The notes beneath the pieces are model-generated. The model saw only the letters and a list, made by a program, of their open reading frames with translations. It was not told the DNA's origin and ran no database searches. DNA of 64,000 bases from Octopus vulgaris (Eukaryota), in NCBI GenBank assembly GCA_951406725.2, contig OX597838.1:39990001-40054000 (forward strand). The letters are read 5' to 3'. Shown here one piece after another: positions 13,122 through 25,240 of the stretch. Positions within the stretch are counted from its first letter, which is position 1. Each line of letters begins with the position of its first letter. Position numbers and translations under genes: made by a program.

Positions 13122-13685
13122 ATATATATAGTAAAGTAAGATAGGGGTTATGAGGGTAACCCACTATGGGATATCAGTTATCCAATATACTGCTGGTGAA
13201 GCACCCAAATGCCAAACACATAAATGCTTATAATTGCAATGCAATTAATTCATTTATTGCATCGGATGGGCGAAGGTAAAATATTTTACCGTAAATTCAT
13301 AATACAAATAAGAAAATGGAGGAACAAATTCATTTCAATCATCAACTTACAGATATTACTATTTCATATTATTTATTAACTATATAAATAGGAACATCCA
13401 AATCGAACAAAACAATATACATCGATATGCAAGATAATAATACCATAAGAATAGTACACGTAAAATGGTCCTTACAGCTGTTTCAGCCTTTAGATAAAAG
13501 TATCTCATTCTGCCTATATTAGTCAGATGTATTGAGGTAATATGCAGTTAAAAATGAGTTACTTATATATATATATATATATATATATATCTCAAGGCCT
13601 CGTCAGGGATTATAAAGTACAATTATAAAAATGTAAATATAAATATGAAACAAAATACACATACATTTGGAGATAGATATATATA

Positions 13686-13730
<45 letters not shown>

Positions 13731-14574
13731 TATATATATATTTACATATATATAAGTATATATATATATATATATATACATACACATAAGGTTACAGTTA
13801 ATTAATTATATATACTTGAATATACATATACATCCACATTCATGGGTACATATACAATGTTCATTACATTACCAATATTATTATTAATATTAATATTAAT
13901 ATTAGATTATGTGCATTCTGCTATTCACAATACATAGTAAATGAAAAATACAACATAGAATATAGTATAATATAATATAATATAATATAATATAATATAA
14001 TATAATATAATAAAATATATAGACAGATGTTTATGAAAGATGCAAGCACATTAATTCAACAAACAATGTCAGTATATTCATATATCATACAGTCAAAATC
14101 GAGACTTCAGTCTTATTCTGCATACACATATATATATACAGGTAACAAACACATACATACGCATATACATACATACGCAAAAACATACACTAATACATAT
14201 TAATATTAATAATAACGTAAGCATTACACGGGAACTTAGTTCGATTTGAAAACCCCACTAGAATGGGAGAAAGCGCTAATACATCATCTAGTTATATGAT
14301 GTATAAAAACATGTAATATACAAATAAATATCTGTAAATATAAAACCATCCGGATTTCTGAGTACCTCATTTCTTCTAATATAAAATACCTGTACATCAT
14401 CTCCAAACCTTCCAATATATATATATATATATGTATGTATGTATGTATGTGTGTATGTATGTATGTGTGTATGTGCGTATGTATGTGTGTATGTATGTAT
14501 GTATGTATGTATGTATGTATGTATGTATGTATGTATGTATGTATGTATGTATGTATGTATGTATGTATGTTTTT

Positions 14575-14810
14575 TTGAGAGAGCACGTATCCAGCATGAA
14601 GAACTTAAGCGAGCTGCACGAAAGCGCACGGCTCGTATAGTGAATGGGGAAAGCTTGGTCTGCAATGCTTGCAGTCGTGTATGCTTGTCAAGAGCAGGGC
14701 TCATTAGCCACCAACGGAGCCGCAAATGCAAATTATAAGTTAGTCCTAGAGCGCACAATATTCCTGAAGGTCGGCAATGGTCTTCCTCGATCACGAGTGG
14801 ACGGCCATCA
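14575..14810 (+). mobile_element. 3' fragment of a LINE (RTE-like) in a (TATG)n tract
   Basis: FERARIQHEELKRAARK...CNACSRVCLSRAGLISHQRS is a C-terminal zinc-finger-like end, followed by a short 3' UTR and microsatellite. Clade assignment tentative. Confidence 0.55.
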
Positions 14811-15067
14811 TGTATGTATGTATGTATGTATAGGTTATGAGAGGCAATGGTATCAAGAAGACCAAAAGGTGTCAGGTAATGCTGAGTGAGTACTATGGAC
14901 AGACTATAGTTAAGCTCCAGGTTGGGTCATTATGCGAACGAATAAGGAGTCCAACGTAGTTCATATATCAGCATGCGTATATATAAAAAATTAACGGAAT
15001 GAGATAGCAATCCAAGGCTGTGAAAGAGTTTTGTATGCGTATGTATGTGTTGATGTGTGAAAATATC

Positions 15068-15112
<45 letters not shown>

Positions 15113-15305
15113 TTTTTTTTGTCAGTGAACAGGTCGCGGATTTTAGCGACGAAAATATTTTGACAAATTAAACTTAAATGTTGAAGTGAATCGAACGGCT
15201 TTTGTGTGTTTCTTAAATGGCTTATAAACACCTCCCACGCTGCAATTGTTTTCGTTTCAGCACACGATCTCAGATCAAATCACTTGCTATGCGAGTACAT
15301 CACCG

Positions 15306-15370
<65 letters not shown>

Positions 15371-15371
<1 letters not shown>

Positions 15372-15672
15372 TAGCAGTATCGCCCGGCGTTGCTCGGGTT
15401 TGTAAGGGAAATAACTATATAAGCATTTTTAGAGAGTTACTTCCCTTATATAAACCGAGCGAAAATCATTAAAAATGCGGAAAAATGATGGTAAATTTTT
15501 TTTTAAATCGTAGACTCATCGTAGACGCGCGCTAATACTCAGAAGGGCTCGATATGAATCACGACTATAAGATACCGCTTTTGGTTAAACTGCACCGCAA
15601 AATGTGGGAGTAGTTAGGAATCTAAATCGGAGTAGACAGACACACACACAACTTCATTTTTATATATAAAGA
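15371..15672 (-). mobile_element. Non-autonomous Helitron
   Basis: Minus strand starts TC (TCTTTATATATAAAA) and ends in hairpin ACCCGAGCAACGCCGGGC then CTAG, inserted between A and T. The same 3' end recurs at 61235-61300. Confidence 0.75.
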
Positions 15673-16299
15673 TATATATATATATATTCTTCTACTACTA
15701 AGCACTGACCTGTCCTCTATGTAACCTAACCCATATTCTCAAATTCTTCATTCCACCATTTTACTACCCTACCCACTCTCTCTGCCTTTCACTTAGTCTC
15801 TATCACTACATGCCTGACACTCCTTTACTCTTTACCCTCTCATCTCTTTACACTCTCATATCTTTCTCTCTCTATCACCTTCACCTCCCCATTCCTTCTG
15901 TCAATTTATCCTGACTGATCACTAACCTGTACACTTTCCCCATCTTCATTTCTTTATTATCTCTCTCCCCGCTTTTATTTTCTTTCTTTTTTCTGCCTCT
16001 CTTCCTGTTTTTTATTTGACCTTCCAAAAACCTTTCTTAACTTTAAAGTCACTTCAAAAAAATCCTGGATTCAGTAACGCCATTTACAAATTCCATCAAA
16101 ATATAAAGTATATTAAATACATGAAATACAAAAAAAAATGTATATATGTTTATATACAAAAATGTCCAGCTTACACATAATAGAAATAATGTCAAGAATT
16201 AAAGTTTAAATCTCTTGCGCATTTCTAAGAGTATTCTATACAGAGAATATCTGATTCTTAGCTAACTGTCAGGCTATCAGGCAGAGCAACGTTTTGAAA

Positions 16300-16870
16300 C
16301 TTGAAATCCATCACAATATATTTCAACTCTGCGGAAATTTTATTCATCAAATTAAGTACCATTACAATCAACACAGTTTTTCCAACGTGTTACAAGTTTG
16401 TTTATTCCGGTAACATATAAATCTGGAGTTCTGAAGCTGAGGAACACTTTGTATGCACTTACAGCATCGGTTTGATTTTCGAAATCCTTCTCAGGCAGGA
16501 AGCCATCAAGGTGCTTGAAAAAGTAGTAGTCGTTACGAGAAAGGTCGGGGGGAATAAGCTTGATAAAACAAACTTCGTAGCGAGGACGCCCCCGTCCCCA
16601 ACTTCTGGAGCGTCATTATGAAGAATGATTGGTCCACTTCTGTTGATCTGTTTGGGATGGAGTCAATTTCACGGCAATATGTTTCTGCAGAAACGGTTTA
16701 AAAAGTTATAGTAGATGATTCCAGTAGTATACTGCCAAACGGCTACCATGAGCTACTTTTTGAAGAGTTTGGATTTAGGGAAGATTTTCAGTGCTTAATT
16801 TTGGTCCAACCACTGCGAAGAACGTTTCTTATTATTGTACAGAATACTTGTTGACCAGTGTAATATATCA
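16300..16870 (-). mobile_element. Degenerate mariner transposase 3' fragment
   Basis: Minus strand encodes PDLSRNDYYFFKHLDGFL and GINKLVTRWK-like motifs. Confidence 0.7.
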
Positions 16871-17355
16871 TTTGGATAAAGTTACAACAAGGTTTGGTTT
16901 TCACGATTGCTATTACTGAATTTTAGGGAACTCTACATTGGCGAGTCAGGGAATGCAGTTCTGTAAATCACCTATTATTTTACTCCGTTAGCACAAGTTG
17001 AAAGCGGGCTAGGGAATCAATCAGATATCGAAAGAAAGGTTAGCCATAATTCGATGATCGATTTCAGGCTATGGGAAGCAAATACCATATGAACAAATTT
17101 GTATATATAGATATCTACATATATATTCTTTGGCGTCCATACTTATGACAGCAATGAGAATTTGCTTCCTTTAGCCAAAAGTCGATCATCGATCTACGGG
17201 TAACATTTCTTTCGATATATGATTGATTCACTCGCCCGCTTTCAAACTGTGTTAATGGAGTAAAGTAATTAATGTTTTATAGAGGTTTTAGTGTTTATTT
17301 AAAGCATATTGGTGTGTCTACGCACATACTTGTGCTATAATTATATCTATAATTA

Positions 17356-18091
17356 CGAGTGACGTTCAATAAATAATGCCTCTGACCCACTTGCAGTTAT
17401 TTGATCTAGCTGAAATTTTGCATGTGCAATTATTTATATCTCTATAGATTACAGTTCTGAACTAATTGTGGTTTCTGATTTACAGGTGTTTGAACTGAGT
17501 TAAGTGTGAAATGGAGCCTGTTGAGTGTCGAGCAGTGACAAGGCAAGGGTGCAGTCCTCCGCTGGCAAGGTCATGCTCACAGTCTTCTGGGATCAGGACA
17601 GAGATTTGCTGGCAAAGGGTACCACAATTACAGGAGCCTATTATGCTTCACTTTTGAGGAAATTAAGAGAAGCTATCAAAATCAAGAGGCGAGGCAAGAT
17701 CAACAAAGGCATTCTCCTCCTGCAAGACAACTCTCCAGTCCACAACTCGCGTGTCGCCAGATCAGAAGCACAGGCGTGCGGCTATGAACTCCTCCCCCAT
17801 CCTCCCTACTCTCCTGACCTTGCACCCCCTGATTTTCACCTCTTCCCAGCCATGAAGTTGTTTCCCAGCGTTTCCCAGATGATGCAGCCTTGATTTCTGA
17901 AGTCACGTCGTGGTTGGAGGACCAAGCCGAGGTCTTCTACAAAAACGGGCTCCAGAGCTGCATCAAACAATGGGAGAAATGAGGAACTCTGGGTGGTTCC
18001 TATGTAGAAAAAGACTAATAACTGTGCCAAGTTTCGTTGCTCTACTGCTATGAGAAGTGGGTTAGGGGCATTACTTATTGAATGCCCCTCG
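17356..18091 (+). mobile_element. Internally deleted mariner (same family as 18744 and 43288)
   Basis: Both TIRs and TA flanks present; the transposase jumps from MEPVECRAV to KARVQ; YSPDLAPPDF motif. Confidence 0.92.
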
Positions 18092-18359
18092 TATATCTAC
18101 ATGCTAGCTATTTGATAGAATCATTAAATGGTTTGTCCATCAATAATTAATTGATTAATTAATTAATTGTATATAAATAGATGTGTATAATTTACTACCG
18201 ATCAATTTAATATTTAGTGCGTCATTTATTTTGGTTGAAAAAGCACGTGGTTTGTGGTGAAGAAATTAGATTTGGAAAAGTCTATACATGTGGATGTGTG
18301 TATATATACCAATGGATACAAGCTTGTTCATATGGTATGTATAGATATCTACATATATG

Positions 18360-18410
<51 letters not shown>

Positions 18411-18645
18411 TTTGGTGTCCCATACTGATGTGAGCACGGGGAATTTGGTTCCTTTAAAAAAATCGATCATCGATCTATGGGTAACCTTCCTTTTGATATC
18501 TGATTGGTTCACTAGCCCACTTTCAACCTGTGCTGACGAAGTAAAATAATAGATGGTTTATAGAGCTTTCAGCGTTTATTTCGAGCATGTTTATGTGTCT
18601 ACGCACATCCTTGTGTTATAATTATATCTATATAATTATATATCA

Positions 18646-20220
18646 CTTCTATATATAAGAGATGAGGAATTATGTACATTATTTACATTATTTACATTTG
18701 ACGAATGTTTGTCCTCATCTTGTTTGTTGTTTCGGCTGATATACGAGGGGCGTTCAATAAGTAATGCCTCTGACCCACTTGCAGTTGTTTTATCTAGCTG
18801 AAATTTTACATGTGCATTATTTATATCTCTATAGAGTAAGTGGCAAATTACAGCACTGAATTAATTGTGGTTTCTGATTTACAGGTGTTTGAACCGAGTT
18901 AAGTGTTAAATGGAGCCTGTTGAGTGTCGAGCAGTGATCCGGTTTTTGTATTTGAAAGGACGCACACCACGGGAGACTTTTGATGAAATGAAAGTAACTT
19001 ATGGTGATGATGCCCCATCATATGACCTTGTAAAACGCTGGCATCGTGAATTGAAACATGGTCGGAACTCTGTGGAAACAGCTCCTAGATCTGGTCCTCC
19101 CCCCTTCTGCCATTGATGAGGCATCTGTCCGTCAAGTTGAGGCTGCCATTTTGGAAGATCGACGCATAACTATTCGCCCAATAGCACATGAGGTCAAGAT
19201 TAGTACCGGGTCTGTGGAAACTATCATTCATGACCATTTGCATATGCAAAACGTCTCTGCCAGATGGATTCCCAGGTTGCTCACACCTTTCCAGAAGCAA
19301 GAACGCGTCGAGTGCTCGAGGATGAATTTGGAGATGTGCCAAGAAGATGAGTCAAAATTTTTCAAAAGACTGATTACACAGGATGAAACCTGGGTCCATC
19401 ACTATGATCCAGAGACCAAATCCCAGTCAATGCAGTGGAAGCAACGTGACTCACCGCCTCCAAAGAAGGCAAGGGTGCAGCCCTCCGCTGGCAAGGTCAT
19501 GCTCACAGTCTTCTGGGACCAGGACGGAGTAGTGATAACAGATTTCCTGGCAAAGGGTACCACAATTACAGGAGCCTATTATACTTCACTTTTGAGGAAA
19601 TTAAGAGAAGTTATCAAAATCAAGAGGCGGGGCAAGATCAGCAAAGGCATCCTCCTCCTGCAGGACAACGCTCCGGTCCACAACTCGCTTGTCGCCAGAT
19701 CAGAAGCACAGGCGTATGGCTATGAACTCCTCCCCCATCCTCCCTACTTTCCTGACTTGCACCCTCTGATTTTCACCTCTTCCCAGTCATGAAGTTGTTT
19801 TTGAAAGGAAAGTGTTTCCCAGATGATGCAGCCTTGATTTCTGAAGTCGCGTTCAGGTTGGAGGACCAAGCTGGGGTCTTCTATAAAAACGGTCTCCAGA
19901 GCTGCATCAAACAATGGGAGAAGTGTGTACCTCTGTGTGGTTCCTATGTAGAAGAAGACTAATAACTGTGCCAAGTTTCGTTGCTCTACTGCTATGGGAA
20001 GTGGGTCAGGGGCATTACTTATTGAACGCCCCTCGTACCCCCCAGCCTCCATCAGGTGTCTTGGGAAAATTTCGAATCAGGGTTCCCAACGAGCTAGCTT
20101 TTTTTAAACCCAGGTTCGAAATTTCCCCAAGAAACCTGGTGAAGGTTGGAGGGTATATCAGCCGAAACGTTGTGTTAACCACAAACAAGATGATGACAAA
20201 TATCCATTAAATATAAACAA
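18646..20220. mobile_element. Palindromic element with two inverted hammerhead-like cores, interrupted by the mariner
   Basis: Arms 18690-18743 plus 20036-20085 are inverted relative to 20110-20220; flanked by direct repeat TATAATTATATATCA at 18631-18645 and 20221-20235. Confidence 0.6.
18744..20035 (+). mobile_element. Full-length mariner (DD34D) with frameshifted transposase
   Basis: 37-bp TIR CGAGGGGCGTTCAATAAGTAATGCCYCTGACCCACTT, TA target duplications, 1292 bp. ATG 18910; WIPRLLT, QDETWV, QDNAPVH and YxPDLAPSDF motifs split by two frameshifts. Confidence 0.96.
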
Positions 20221-21256
20221 TATAATTATATATCAGTATAAATATTTTCGTAAATGGAGTTAAGAAGGTTGCTACTTGATAGAATCGTTAAATGGGTTTG
20301 TCCTCCATTAATTAATTAATCGATTGATTAATTATATGTAAATATGTACATAAAAGAGTAGTATAAAACAGGGATTCAGAGAATCGTGTGGCTATTACAG
20401 TAATCTCCTAGGAACTCAGCTTTCGGTTCACATATTACTTAATTACAAATTAACGAAATGATACCTGTACAACTGAAAATCCAGAAAATACGAGCTATAA
20501 ATTACTCGACAAAGAACATATAAACGGTATGAGAGCTGAACGTAGATTTACTTCACCATGTGAGATCCATACGCTTACAACCGTTTCCCAACTTCTGTTG
20601 TATTAATCTCAGAGTGCAGAACATTATAAGTACATGTTAGTATTAGTATTGGTTTCAAATTTTATCACAAGGCAAGAAACGTCGAGGGACATAGGGTAAG
20701 TTGATTAGATCGTCTTCGGTGCTTAAACAGATATTTTTTTATTGACCTCGAAAGGATGAAAGGCAAAGTTGACCTGGGCGGAATGTGAACTCAGAACGTA
20801 AAGGTGGATGAAATACCGCTAAGCATTTCTCCCGGCATGGTAGCGATTCTGCTAGCAATTCTTCTTCTTCTTCTTCTTCTTCTTCTTCTTCTTCTTCTTC
20901 TTCTTCTTCTTCTTCTTCTTCTTCTTCTTCTTCTTCTTCTTCTTCTTCTTCTTCTTCTTCTTCTTCTTCACACATTCTTTTGTATTTTTACATATATATT
21001 TTATATATTTTTCCATTTTGTGTGTATTTTTTTTATGTATTACTTGTAAGGAAAAATCCTTTGCTGCTTAAGCAACCAGTAAAACATGCATGTTTCAGTT
21101 TGCAAACGGATACTTGAAGCTCGAAACTCATATTAGAGTAACACACTGCAAACATTATTAAGATTAGAAAAAAATTATCCCCACCAAAAGCCATCTCTAC
21201 TCATTTTTTCAAATATATATAATACTGTACCAAGAAATTTCTTTCTATTATTCTTC

Positions 21257-21413
<157 letters not shown>

Positions 21414-21612
21414 CTTATAAATAAGGGCAAACGAAAAAAATTTCTAATGCCAAATATAAGACACATTGTTGTCCATAACCATATAATTTACCACAATACG
21501 CACGCTAACGAAAAGGTTTTCTAAAAAGATACCGTTAACCTTTAAAGGTATTTTTTAATATGCTGGCCATTGATAATTTTTTTGTTTGTTTCGAAAACAT
21601 GTTATGCTATAT

Positions 21613-21683
<71 letters not shown>

Positions 21684-21697
21684 TATGTATGTATATG

Positions 21698-21774
<77 letters not shown>

Positions 21775-21888
21775 ATATCTATCTATCTACTTATCTATCT
21801 ATCTACCGATCTATCTATCTGTATGCCTATCTATCTATCTAACTATTTATCTATCTACCTAGCTATCCATCTATCTAAATATCTATCA

Positions 21889-21974
<86 letters not shown>

Positions 21975-22019
21975 ATTATATATATATATATATATATAAA
22001 TTATATATATATATATACA

Positions 22020-22055
<36 letters not shown>

Positions 22056-22520
22056 TGTATGTATGTATGTATGTATGTATGTATGTATGTATATGGGAGG
22101 GGTGTTGAAAAGTTCCTGGCTTTGGGTAAAAGAAAATGCACGAGGATCAGTTAATTAGGATTTTATCCAACATATTCCCCTTTCAGATTCACACAATTAG
22201 GGCAGCAGTGCTTCATTTTTTTCTAAACCCCATGAAAGAACTCGGAACGCAAGGCCTCCAGTCAGGCCTTTCATGGCTCCCTTAAAACCCGAAGCCTTCA
22301 CTCACACTCTTTTCCCCTCTCCTTCCTTTCCGTTTCTGTCTCTGTCTGTCTGTCTCTCTATCTCTCAATTTCTCTCTTTCTATCATTATCTCTGTCTGCC
22401 TCTTACCCTTCCAGAGTAGTGTGCATGTGTATGTAGAAGCAGACGACACTCAAACACACATGCACACACACACACACACACACCCAAACACACACACACA
22501 CACAAATCCGAAATACTAAC

Positions 22521-22551
22521 CAGTTGACGTCAGCTGTAGCGGACTATAAAA
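22521..22551 (+). promoter_or_regulatory. Putative core promoter of gene B: CRE palindrome with flanking E-boxes, plus TATA box
   Basis: CAGTTGACGTCAGCTG (TGACGTCA at 22525-22532) then TATAAAA at 22545-22551, about 80 nt upstream of ATG 22630. Confidence 0.6.
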
Positions 22552-22629
22552 ACAATAGATTGGAGAAAGAAGACACTGACAGCAGTGCGTGATATTGGCA
22601 TTTAAGTGAACAGAAAGGTAAAGGAAAAC

Positions 22630-22852
22630 ATGTGGAAGTACTTCACTGCTCTTTTGATAATATTGTCGTTTAAAATCGAAGATGTTGCCAATCAAGAAAA
22701 ATTACCAAAGCCAGGTTCTAATCCAGATCAAGGTAAAGCAGACAACGCTCCTAATAAAAATGCTGCCGATGCAAGTAATCCAAAGCCAGGTTCTAATCCA
22801 GATCAAGGTAAACCAGACAACGCTCCAGCAGATCCTATTTCAGCACCACTTG
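22630..22852 (+). CDS. Stanniocalcin-like protein, paralog B, coding exon 1 (signal peptide plus Pro/Asn/Asp-rich repeat)
   Basis: ATG in aaaacATG context. MWKYFTALLIILSFKIEDVA.. is signal-peptide-like, followed by 2x PKPGSNPDQGKxDNAP. Donor G|gttagt is phase 1, matching exon 2. Two alternative in-phase donors lie inside the repeat. Confidence 0.75.
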
Positions 22853-23039
22853 GTTAGTTTCTTCATTTATTGGTATGTGTGGGAATTTTTTTTATAATCC
22901 ATTTTACCCTTTTAACTACGGAAATCAGGCATGTTTACTCAGAATTTTATTATCCTTAACTGCGAGAGGCAGATTTATCTACCTATTGTTGAAGAATGAC
23001 ATGATTGAAGCTATTTTTCTCAAGTTTATTTTGATGGGA

Positions 23040-23525
23040 TTTGCAGAAATACTAACCATTTTGAACAGCATTGTTGCAATCAGTGGTTGACGTATGAAAA
23101 TGCATGAAGAGTTTGAGAGGAATACACAGGATGTTAAGGATAACACTGCACTGTGGGCTTGGTTTGAGCGAGGTGACTTGCAGCGTACCACCGGAAGCCT
23201 GATCATTGCTGCACAAGACCAAGCTCTCGCTACCAATTCAATGAAGTATAACCTTTATAAAACTTCTGGCACCCAGAAACGCAGACTCTGTGGAAATAGT
23301 GTGGAAAATATGAACCACTTGGTAAGTGGATGTGAGAGCCTTCCACAAAAAGAATACAAGCGCCGCCACGATAAAATATAGGTGTATCTTCATTGGCTCT
23401 TATGCCATAAATATCAGTATGAAGTAATAGAGAACTGGTATGAGCATGTACCAAGTAAAGTTATGCAGGAGGTGGAAAAGTAACGATACTCAGGGACTAT
23501 GATTTTCAGACGGATCGTGTAATCG
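23040..23525 (+). mobile_element. R4/Dong-like LINE C-terminal fragment in intron 1 of gene B
   Basis: W..RGDLQRTTGSLIIAAQDQALATN...RLCGNSVENMNHLVSGC...EYKRRHD. Confidence 0.8.
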
Positions 23526-24690
23526 TAAAAATAGATGAACTGCAGCTAAGCAACTTTTTCCGGCGTACTAATGATTTTGCCGGCTCGCTTGCCTTATTAA
23601 TAACAACAATAACAATAATGATTTCTTTTACTTGCGACAGCGGAATGAGATGAGTGTACTACTTCCATGAAAAGTGAATTATCAGGCGAAATTCCATTAT
23701 CTGGAGAGCTACGTGATGTTTGGAAAAAATGCGGGGATACGACGGTTAAGGAACATTTGATTAAAGGTCTTCTCTATCAAGACTGACTTGTGGTTAAGCA
23801 ACAATGAAACAGCAACAGTGAGCCTCTATGTGATCAATCGCCCCGCTAGAAATACCAACCAAATCTCCATCGTACTATCGTAAGAGAAGGGAAGCAACAT
23901 ATAGAATATTGTTTTAGATATCCTCAAAAGTTAGGATTGTCACGGTTGGAAAGCTTTTTTCTAATATGTACGTTCGATTAGAGATAGAATGCAGCTAAAC
24001 AATAACAATCACAAGGCCACCACCACCACCACCACCACGAAATCAACAAGAGCAACAGCAATAACAACAACAAACCATCAAAATAACAATAAATACAATA
24101 ACAACAACAAAACCAACAGCAGAAACAACAATAAAAATAACAACGACTTCAATACTGGTCCTCCGTCAGTCACAACGACACGAGTTCCAGTTTATGCGAT
24201 CAACCGGACATCCTGCTCATGAGATTAACATGGAAGTGGCTGAATACTCCACAGGCACGTATACTCTTAACGTTGCTCTCAGGTAGATTCAGCGTGACAG
24301 AGAATGTGACAAAGCTGGTCCTTTGAACAACAGTCACTAACCATGTTTGCCAGCTGAGTGGACTGAAGTAACGTGAAATAAAGTGTCTTGCTCAAGGACA
24401 CAACGCGCCGCAGGGAATCAAACTTACGACCCAACGATCGGGAGCAGATTACCCTAACCCCTAAGCCGCGCGCCTTCACGGTTTCAATAACCACAACAAC
24501 AACCACAACACCACTTCCAACACTACCAACACTACCACCACTAACAACAGCAGCATCAGCAGCAAAAGCAACAACATCAACAATAAAAAAACAATACAAT
24601 ACAAAGTCAATAACAATAACAATGACATCTACAACAACAACGTGCTCGGTCACATATTTACTAAGAGCTTTGTGTTTCTCTATTTCATAG

Positions 24691-24839
24691 AAAATCAACA
24701 ACAAGCCGCTGAATGCTATTCTCTTCTTTGGAAGATGGACTGCAAATTCTACGAATGCTTGAATGAGAGATTAACTTGCCCTCAGACACTATTAGCGAAG
24801 GGTCAGCGGCAGGTTTATTGTAAAGCACCAGGTGAAAAG
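24691..24839 (+). CDS. Stanniocalcin-like protein, paralog B, coding exon 2
   Basis: Acceptor tttctctatttcatag|AA (phase 1). (E)[49 protein letters not shown] carries C-x8-C-x4-C-x6-C-x13-C. Donor AAG|gtgaaa is phase 0, matching exon 3. Confidence 0.8.
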
Positions 24840-25099
24840 GTGAAATGATTTTTATGGGTTTTTTATGGTGTGGCAATTTAAAGTTCTGATTGAATGAGCG
24901 AGGAAATAGAAATGCAGAATGAGTAAAACAAGGAAAGAAAGCATGCAGGCAAAAGCGAAATAAATCAAGACAGAAAGAATGAAAGAACGAAAGCAAGAGA
25001 GAAAGAAAAAATAGATAGAACAAAGATAGAAAAGCTGACAGACAGACAGACAGACAGACAGATAGATAGATAGATAGATAGATATGTTTCTTTATTAGC

Positions 25100-25116
25100 C
25101 ACACCGGGCTGCACAC

Positions 25117-25162
<46 letters not shown>

Positions 25163-25163
25163 C

Positions 25164-25240
<77 letters not shown>

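Noticed and set aside
19058-19792. Domesticated SETMAR-like gene or active transposase
   Set aside because: Lies between intact TIRs with TA TSDs and has two frameshifts; a decayed mariner copy.
24832-24848. Alternative exon 2 donor CAG|gtgaaa at 24832, or read-through to TGA at 24848
   Set aside because: Phase 1 is incompatible with the phase 0 exon 3. The C5-C6 spacing (16) is shorter than in STC1, so a missed micro-exon cannot be excluded, but none was found.
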